Sequence record: PQ850608.1
Source: Escherichia phage HermannAdler_Bas98
DNA length: 64,000 nt
Reading direction: 5' to 3' (one strand)
Below the pieces are notes generated by a model. It did not search any database. It had not been told where the DNA came from and worked only from the letters and a program-made list of their open reading frames with translations. How positions within the stretch are numbered: position 1 is the stretch's first letter; each line of letters opens with the position of its first letter. Shown here piece after piece: positions 57,878 to 64,000 of the stretch. The position numbers were made by a program, and so were the translations under genes.

Positions 57878-57900
57878 GCCGCGCTTAGTCGCGGCTTTTC
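57878..57900 (+). terminator. rho-independent terminator
   Basis: GCCGCG-CTTAGT-CGCGGC followed by TTTT. Confidence 0.6.
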
Positions 57901-57904
57901 TTCG

Positions 57905-58555
57905 TCCCTATCTCGATGCGCTCCTACGCGAAAACTCCTTTATCCTTCCCTTCGTCGTCGCATAATCTTCTTCGAGATGCGTCTTAGTTCGCATAACAGG
58001 TATTACGTTAAATGGAGAACATCGCGTAAGTCCTTGTTTTATATAGACACCTATATCGGACCGTTAGGGCGGGTCGCGTAAGTCGTTGTTTTATAAAGGC
58101 ACAAAACTTTCCCTTCGTTCCGAACTAAAACGAGAAATATGCCGACCCTTCGCCCGAAAATAGTACGTATGCGAAATTACATTCATCTCGAATAATCCCT
58201 CCCGATATTATCCTACACGCAATCATTCGCTTTCGAATCATTATGCTTCATATTATTATGCGTCGAATCATTCGCTTTCGAATTGTAACGCTGGAAACTG
58301 TAACGTCGATTGATTATTGCGTTCGTGTGGTTTTTATGGCATGGGTCTTTTGGTGCGTTTTGCTACTTGATGGAATTTGCGGTACACTAATCAAAATACG
58401 ACACATTTGGTCCACTAACTTTTCAAAGAAAAAGTCCTAGACAGTACCGTACTATTTTGTACCCACAGGAAATTTGCAGTACACTCCTGAGCGGCAGGCA
58501 AAATAAAGGGCCGCACTAAGCGACCCACGATTCACGGTTAAATCAGCAACACCCA
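57905..58555. repeat. noncoding repeat-rich region
   Basis: No credible ORF; duplicated GCGTAAGTC(C/G)TTGTTTTATA, duplicated AATCATTCGCTTTCGAAT (ATTCG...CGAAT arms), duplicated TTTGC(G/A)GTACACT. Confidence 0.55.
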
Positions 58556-58936
58556 CTATTCGCTCTTATGGGCATCACCAAAGCCATCCGCAATCTGGCT
58601 GATCAATGATTCAATGGACACAGTTTTACCAATTGATCGAGCGGTAATAGCAAGCATATTATCAATCAAACCATGATTGGATGCATATGGTCCAGGTTTT
58701 GAATCATCTTCAGGACAACCAAAAAGCTGGTCGCGCAAACTTTCGAGAGAACGCTCAATATTTTCCAGCTTCTCTTCTAAATCAGATTGGCGACGTAAAA
58801 CCCATGTTAAGTCTCGGTTGCCGACTTCCAATCCATCGAAATCGCAAGCTGGAACGTCAATTTTAATACTTGGATTAAAAGCAGTACCGCTGCCTTTAGT
58901 ATATTTGTGGTGATTGCGATCAATAGTTTGTGACAT
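58556..58936 (-). CDS. hypothetical protein
   Basis: Start MSQTIDR chosen (AAGGT RBS). Confidence 0.45.
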   Translation of the reverse strand: MSQTIDRNHHKYTKGSGTAFNPSIKIDVPACDFDGLEVGNRDLTWVLRRQSDLEEKLENIERSLESLRDQLFGCPEDDSKPGPYASNHGLIDNMLAITARSIGKTVSIESLISQIADGFGDAHKSE

Positions 58937-59030
58937 ATCATTACCTTTAATATTTGGGTGATTAACAATAACTATAATAAAGCCGCATAGCGCGGCATTC
59001 AAATCGGTTTGTTAATTGTAACGATTGAAT

Positions 59031-59126
59031 TTACTTATCCAACCAATCAATAAGCGCAATCATAGCAACAACAAATACTGCGCTGATTGCTAATATGATC
59101 AAGAACATCACAAAATCAACATTCAT
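59031..59126 (-). CDS. small membrane peptide (31 aa)
   Basis: MNVDFVMFLIILAISAVFVVAMIALIDWLDK; overlaps upstream gene end. Confidence 0.3.
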   Translation of the reverse strand: MNVDFVMFLIILAISAVFVVAMIALIDWLDK

Positions 59127-59352
59127 CAATCGATACCAATTGTGCAGGGTCGCCGGATACAGTTGCGCCGATGATACCCATATGAGAGAAAAATTCTGAA
59201 TAAACTTCTTTCCAGTACTTGCGCGCAGCTTTCTGGGCTTGCCCTTTGCGCTTGTAGCTTTTACCTTGGAAGATGAAGCGGTCGTTTGCTGCGTTATATT
59301 CCACCACACCTTCCAGCCATTGTAAGAAAGCTACTGATTCATTTTGATTCAT
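59116..59352 (-). CDS. hypothetical protein
   Basis: 78 aa ORF. Confidence 0.45.
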   Translation of the reverse strand: MNQNESVAFLQWLEGVVEYNAANDRFIFQGKSYKRKGQAQKAARKYWKEVYSEFFSHMGIIGATVSGDPAQLVSIDEC

Positions 59353-59359
59353 GTTAACC

Positions 59360-59755
59360 TCAACAATCTAATAAGAAAATTTTTAACCAGCTTTCTGCAA
59401 CCTCGCGGCCCGTAGCCAATCGGTCGGTATTTTCCATTGGTCTGGATTTACCGCATGGCAATCCTTTCTGTAGTTGTGTCCCACTGCCAATTCTTATCCA
59501 AATTTCCCCATCCTTGTCGACGTAGGCTTGGCAACCCATAATATCAAGTCTACTCATTAGGGTGTTAAAAACCTTGAGCCTTTCTTTGGCGATGTTGGCT
59601 GTTCCTCCATTTCTTGGACCACGGCGATTAACAGTCCGCTTCACAACCGGAATATCATTGGTGCGTCGCGGCTTGGGGCGGTAGTAGGCTTCTTCACCAG
59701 GAGTGACACCTGGCGTCAGTTCGCGCTTAAGCGCCTTTTCAATATCAATGATCAT
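59360..59755 (-). CDS. hypothetical protein
   Basis: 131 aa basic ORF. Confidence 0.5.
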   Translation of the reverse strand: MIIDIEKALKRELTPGVTPGEEAYYRPKPRRTNDIPVVKRTVNRRGPRNGGTANIAKERLKVFNTLMSRLDIMGCQAYVDKDGEIWIRIGSGTQLQKGLPCGKSRPMENTDRLATGREVAESWLKIFLLDC

Positions 59756-59849
59756 GATTTATGCCGCAGCAGCGTGGATGATTGCGTAAACTATGCCAAA
59801 CAGGGCAACAACACAAACTGTGCCCCAAAATGCAAAGCGTCGTGCCTCT

Positions 59850-60146
59850 TTATCCATTAGAGCCTTCTCCGCTGTTAATGTTGTCCAGAATCAAGGTTGG
59901 AATTTCATCTTGAGTCCTGACTTTGTAATGCGAAGGCATTTTGCTTTCTAACAATGCTTGTTCAGCTTCTCCCTTTGTCTCAAAGAGCGGGATGCACCAA
60001 TCAACTGCATTGCCGTGTTCATCACCCTTGACGGCTTTCAAAAAGACAAGGCGCTTGTCTTCAGGGTCGATGCCGCAAATTAAGTATTTTGGAAGAGCTT
60101 TTGCTTTTTGAGCTTTATCAATATCTTCAAATTTCATTTCATTCAC
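59850..60146 (-). CDS. hypothetical protein
   Basis: 98 aa ORF immediately downstream of tail fibre gene. Confidence 0.5.
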   Translation of the reverse strand: MNEMKFEDIDKAQKAKALPKYLICGIDPEDKRLVFLKAVKGDEHGNAVDWCIPLFETKGEAEQALLESKMPSHYKVRTQDEIPTLILDNINSGEGSNG

Positions 60147-60220
60147 CTCACTTGTTAACGTATAATGAGTATAACTTAATAGTGAATAAAGTAAAGGCGC
60201 TTTTCAGCGCCTTGAGTGAA

Positions 60221-62554
60221 TTATTTCGCTGCTTTCAGCGCGGCTATCTCTGCCTCTAGTGACTCGACCTTTTTCATCAACTCCTGCACCACGTGCATCG
60301 TATCCAAAAGCATAGGTGTGGTGTCAAGTTGCTTTTGCTCGACCTCTACACCTTCACTCGGATAAAACTTCACCGTTTTTACATACAACGGGTCGATTAT
60401 CTCTGCTTTTTGAGCGATGATGCCCCTTCTTACCCTTTCCTTTTCATCATTGTTGTAGATGAACGTTACATACTCCAGCGATGAAAGGTTGCTCCATGCT
60501 TTTTCAACCGTTCCTGGTTGTATGTCATGCTTCAAATTCTCATCAGAGATGGCATTCTTCTGAAGAGTGTAAAAGCTATCTGATCCAAGAATTGACACAG
60601 AGAAAAATACATCATGAGAGTTAGGCTGTATGTTCATCCTTGTCTGGTACTGAGCGTTGTCATCACCAACAACAAGCCAAGTCCCCTGCGCAAAACTTCC
60701 GTTATTATTATGGATCAAACCGTGATGAAGAGTGGTTGCATAGCCTGTATCTACTTGTTGACCGCCGCTGAAAAGGCTGTTGAATGCATAGTTTTGACCT
60801 ATTGACTGTCTCACCGTTGCATAAGTGCCGATTCTTGTGCCAGTCTCGCTCCAAGACATGAGACTTCCATATCTCGCAGCAAATCTGTCACTGCTAAGGG
60901 TGCCCGCATCGTCAAATGCAAGGTCTTTAGTCACCCCTTTTGTTTTATTGTACACAGACAGGATTGCATAATAAAACCCATCCATGTATGCATCACACCG
61001 CAATCCAGCATCCGCTTCAACAACAGCACCAATTTTGTATTGTGCTCTTACCTGCCCTGAAGATGCCTTGACTCCTGAACCTGGGCGAACAGCATCAGCA
61101 TTGATTACTTGCCATTGCGTATTCGCGGCAACAAATCCACCCGATGCACGAATCACCCAAACGCCGACAAAGTTGCGCGGAACGATTTCCGCTGCTGAAC
61201 GACCATAAACAGGACTGCAGCGAGAAGCGTCAAAGTTTGTTTGTATGAATCTTGACCCAGAGCCTGCTGCCGCAGGAGAGTCACCCGAAGTTATTGACTG
61301 AAAAGCACCATTAGTTGCCACCTGGCTTGGTGCAGAAGCCAGCGTCACCATTGTGTGCGGCGCTGCGTAAGTTATATTTGGCGCGCCTGATTCAGACACG
61401 ATACCGTTGGCTGATGAATTACCGCCATCACCTCTTCCAAACAAGGCCTGTATGGAACCAGTTTGAACACCGTTCCTGTCAGGCACTCGAAACGTCGTCG
61501 TTCCGTTACCCAGAGAATACTTGCCGCGTTTCGCTGGGTCCGCTAACCAATCTGCATCTGCAATAGGTGAAAGCATTTGCGCATACGCCCAAAGCTCAGG
61601 CCAATCCGCTCGATTCAGCAATTGCCCATCAGCAACGACTTCATACGGTTGAATATATGCACGACTGTCGCGTAAGTGGAAGTCGCCGACGCCATAGTTC
61701 ATAACACCGTTCATGCTTGGGCCAACGGTGCCTGTGTTTACTAAGTTCTCAACCCAACGCTTGGTCGCGGCATCATAATCGTTAACTGGGTCACCAGCCA
61801 GTGGCGTTGAACCTTGTGGGCGAATATTTAACCATGCTTGCGCATTATCTGCTGAGCCTGTGCCGCCCATGGAAGTTGGAACGATGTCTTGATCAGCAAC
61901 AGTCCCGAATCCAAAAGCAGACTTCATCCCTTGGATTGTCGTTTGGCCTGTGCCGCCATTAGCTACTGGGATTATGCTTGACTCGGAATAAATCATGACC
62001 CAAGGAGACCATGATTGAGTTTCCATGGTGAATCTTCTTTGATATGTATTGTTGGAATCGAATGTCGTATATCGCTGAATGCAACTTTCTGATATAACGC
62101 CTGTCTGCAATACTTCTAATACTCCTGCTTGCTGCGCAGGGTAATTCAAAGCTGAAGATGCACCACCGTTTGAATTTTGGAAGTACTGCCCAAACCAAGT
62201 CCCTGTAAGCGCATTAAGATTCATGCCGGATGGAACAATCCCAAAGTTTCGGACAGTACCCGTCAAAGTCGCGGCAGTTGTTCGAATGGAAAGCATATCG
62301 CCAGCCTCCCATGCACGCGCTGCAGTTCCTTCCTGTGCACGCTGTACTGTCAGCACGTTTCCAACCACGGCTGTTACTGTGACGATTTCGAATTGGAGGC
62401 CTGTTGCAGCGTCGACGATTGTCGCCACTACACGCTCATTTGCACTCAAGGTCGGAAAGCCCGACCCTGAGCGAATTGTGATTGTGGTGTCTGAAGTCGT
62501 CATTGGTTGGGCAAGCGCGACCTCAAAGTTGTTTTTGAATATTAGCCTTGGCAT
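60221..62554 (-). CDS. tail fibre protein with C-terminal intramolecular chaperone (peptidase S74-like) domain
   Basis: 777 aa; PVANGGTGQTT fibre motif; C-terminal ...AISDENLKHDIQP...coiled-coil tail resembles self-cleaving chaperone domain of endosialidase-type fibres. Confidence 0.6.
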   Translation of the reverse strand: MPRLIFKNNFEVALAQPMTTSDTTITIRSGSGFPTLSANERVVATIVDAATGLQFEIVTVTAVVGNVLTVQRAQEGTAARAWEAGDMLSIRTTAATLTGTVRNFGIVPSGMNLNALTGTWFGQYFQNSNGGASSALNYPAQQAGVLEVLQTGVISESCIQRYTTFDSNNTYQRRFTMETQSWSPWVMIYSESSIIPVANGGTGQTTIQGMKSAFGFGTVADQDIVPTSMGGTGSADNAQAWLNIRPQGSTPLAGDPVNDYDAATKRWVENLVNTGTVGPSMNGVMNYGVGDFHLRDSRAYIQPYEVVADGQLLNRADWPELWAYAQMLSPIADADWLADPAKRGKYSLGNGTTTFRVPDRNGVQTGSIQALFGRGDGGNSSANGIVSESGAPNITYAAPHTMVTLASAPSQVATNGAFQSITSGDSPAAAGSGSRFIQTNFDASRCSPVYGRSAAEIVPRNFVGVWVIRASGGFVAANTQWQVINADAVRPGSGVKASSGQVRAQYKIGAVVEADAGLRCDAYMDGFYYAILSVYNKTKGVTKDLAFDDAGTLSSDRFAARYGSLMSWSETGTRIGTYATVRQSIGQNYAFNSLFSGGQQVDTGYATTLHHGLIHNNNGSFAQGTWLVVGDDNAQYQTRMNIQPNSHDVFFSVSILGSDSFYTLQKNAISDENLKHDIQPGTVEKAWSNLSSLEYVTFIYNNDEKERVRRGIIAQKAEIIDPLYVKTVKFYPSEGVEVEQKQLDTTPMLLDTMHVVQELMKKVESLEAEIAALKAAK

Positions 62555-62592
62555 TTTACGGTCCTCGTTTTGTCGACAACCGTATTATAACC

Positions 62593-62934
62593 TTAATTTC
62601 TTTTGAGAGGAATATGACGGTGGCCGCCATTATTTGGTTTAATAATGAGCATAAAAACGATTAGAAAGATGATGGCTGATATACTTAATTCAATCAGCGC
62701 GGCTTGAGATATAGATTGATCTTCATGATACTGCTTTTGCATTTCCGCTTTCTTCTGAGCGCAAACTTCAGGTGATATGTAATCTCCTTTTGAGTTGCCA
62801 TAATAAATTTCGCCGTTTTCAGAAATCAGTCTGCCGCAAATATCCGTTTCAGCCTTTGCACTTGACATCATAATAACGGTGCCGATAATAGCGGCGATGG
62901 TCCAAATTAACAGTTGTGATAAAGTGTTGTTCAT
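62593..62934 (-). CDS. membrane-anchored exported protein
   Basis: AAGAGG RBS; signal peptide MNNTLSQLLIWTIAAIIGTVIMMSSAKA; C-terminal TM ALIELSISAIIFLIVFMLI. Confidence 0.5.
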   Translation of the reverse strand: MNNTLSQLLIWTIAAIIGTVIMMSSAKAETDICGRLISENGEIYYGNSKGDYISPEVCAQKKAEMQKQYHEDQSISQAALIELSISAIIFLIVFMLIIKPNNGGHRHIPLKRN

Positions 62935-62951
62935 GATAACCTCTTTAAATT

Positions 62952-62972
62952 CCCTTCCCATTTCGGGAAGGG
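62952..62972 (-). terminator. stem-loop (possible terminator/attenuator)
   Basis: CCCTTCCC-ATTTC-GGGAAGGG. Confidence 0.35.
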
Positions 62973-63130
62973 TGATAATCATTTTACGCGAAAGAATAGG
63001 CGCGTGCCACACAGCGAGTCCCAACGGCCCTCACCATCCCATATCGACCCAACACCAGCAGTGATTGGGCCAGCAGAATTGGCGGCATTGGCCCAGGCGA
63101 GACGTTTCAACTTCCAACTGCACCAACGAT

Positions 63131-63364
63131 TCACAGTTCGCCTCCAGACTGCAAAATCAGACCCGCATAGAGGATTGCCAGAGCTAAAGGCGCACCGCTT
63201 CCAGCCTCTCTATTCTCTTTAATTTGAAGCGTGTCCTTAAGGAATTGCAATTGAACGTTGAATTCATTTTCAATCCCAAGCACCACGGCCAATTCTTTTA
63301 CAGAATCTGCATATGCCTTATCTAGCACTTCTTTTGGTACTTTTAAAGTTAATTCACTTGCCAT
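63131..63364 (-). CDS. small protein with C-terminal hydrophobic segment
   Basis: ATG 63364; PLALAILYAGLILQ. Confidence 0.4.
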   Translation of the reverse strand: MASELTLKVPKEVLDKAYADSVKELAVVLGIENEFNVQLQFLKDTLQIKENREAGSGAPLALAILYAGLILQSGGEL

Positions 63365-63575
63365 TTTCTTTCCACTCCACAAATGTGCTGCCGCTTGTTT
63401 CTCTGTTTAGCAGGTATCTGCCGCGCATCCCATGAAGGCTGAACTCAACCGTCGATGGATTAGATTTTGAAAGCCATATAGGTTGCCCGTCGAATGGACC
63501 GCCTACGCATGTATATTTCGCTTTTGGCTCACTCCTTTTGGGACGTTTTGCCCGCTCTTTGATTGATAGTCTCAT
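63354..63575 (-). CDS. hypothetical basic protein
   Basis: 73 aa ORF. Confidence 0.45.
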   Translation of the reverse strand: MRLSIKERAKRPKRSEPKAKYTCVGGPFDGQPIWLSKSNPSTVEFSLHGMRGRYLLNRETSGSTFVEWKENGK

Positions 63576-63790
63576 CAGTCTTCACCTTGAGATTCCAGAC
63601 AAGTAAGGACAAGCCACGTCATCGGAAGAATCAAAACCAGAGAAATGAGGGACCAGATAGACCAGCACAAGATGACAGACTTAAATGTGTGAACGTCGCC
63701 AAACGCAGCAGTAAAACAGAATCCCATTACGAATGCAATAGCTGTGGAATGGTTATCTATGGCTTTGATGGCACGGTCGATGAGTTTCAT
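63575..63790 (-). CDS. small membrane protein with two predicted TM segments
   Basis: IAFVMGFCFTAAFG and ILCWSIWSLISLVLILPMTWLVLTCL. Confidence 0.45.
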   Translation of the reverse strand: MKLIDRAIKAIDNHSTAIAFVMGFCFTAAFGDVHTFKSVILCWSIWSLISLVLILPMTWLVLTCLESQGED

Positions 63791-63872
63791 ATTACCTCCG
63801 GTTTTGAGTTAATATGATTATAACGCAGACTTTCAGAAAGGCAAACTTTTTGTGAATTTTAATCAAAAAAAT

Positions 63873-63891
63873 GGCCAGAAAAAATCTGGCC
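63873..63891 (-). terminator. hairpin with flanking A/T run (possible minus-strand terminator)
   Basis: GGCCAG-AAAAAAT-CTGGCC preceded on plus strand by CAAAAAAA. Confidence 0.4.
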
Positions 63892-64000
63892 GAAAGATCA
63901 CCCTTTATCCACTACTAAGCTGGAATCATAATTTTACTTGATATAGCTTGTACAAGCAAACTATAATATGAATAAAATATTAACACATAATTGGAAATTC

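Noticed and set aside
60221-62554. Diversity-generating retroelement targeting the tail fibre
   Set aside because: No reverse transcriptase (no YxDD-containing ORF) and no template repeat seen near the fibre gene
63920-63960. Minus-strand promoter (TTGCTT - 17 - TAAAAT) for the leftward genes at the window end
   Set aside because: A hairpin with a T run on the same strand (63873-63891) lies between it and the first gene, so the promoter assignment conflicts; reported only as a hairpin
1-64000. Integrated prophage with integrase and att sites
   Set aside because: No integrase-like ORF, no tRNA and no host housekeeping genes; the composition shift at 55.5-58.5 kb contains phage-type small genes, not host genes

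Overview
This 64 kb window is tailed-phage DNA throughout, with no integrase, attachment site or host housekeeping genes visible. Bases 1-24143 (+ strand) are a virion morphogenesis module: end of a probable portal gene, Mu F-like head morphogenesis protein, protease/scaffold-like protein, major capsid protein, sheath-like and duplicated tube-like proteins, tape measure with a lytic transglycosylase domain, baseplate proteins, a His-rich tail fibre and a GH19 endolysin. Bases 24168-42045 (- strand) are a replication and nucleotide-metabolism module: DNA ligase, MazG-like, embedded spanin pair, SNF2 helicase, VRR-NUC nuclease, DnaE-type polymerase, DnaQ exonuclease, SDR reductase, HAD hydrolase, divergent ThyX-like protein, FAD-binding oxidoreductase and Dda-like helicase. 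A divergent promoter hub at 42.05-42.2 kb starts a + strand early region (primase-polymerase, VirE-like NTPase, about 30 tightly packed small ORFs). The most unusual part is 54.5-58.6 kb: an iteron/AT-rich module (a second copy lies at 2.2-2.5 kb), an array of about ten direct copies of AATTTGCACTAT, and a small island of very acidic proteins driven by a triplicated sigma70-type promoter cassette with covarying 5' UTR hairpins. A separate - strand tail-fibre locus lies at 58.5-63.8 kb. All calls are made by eye from the sequence and ORF track; no database search was run.
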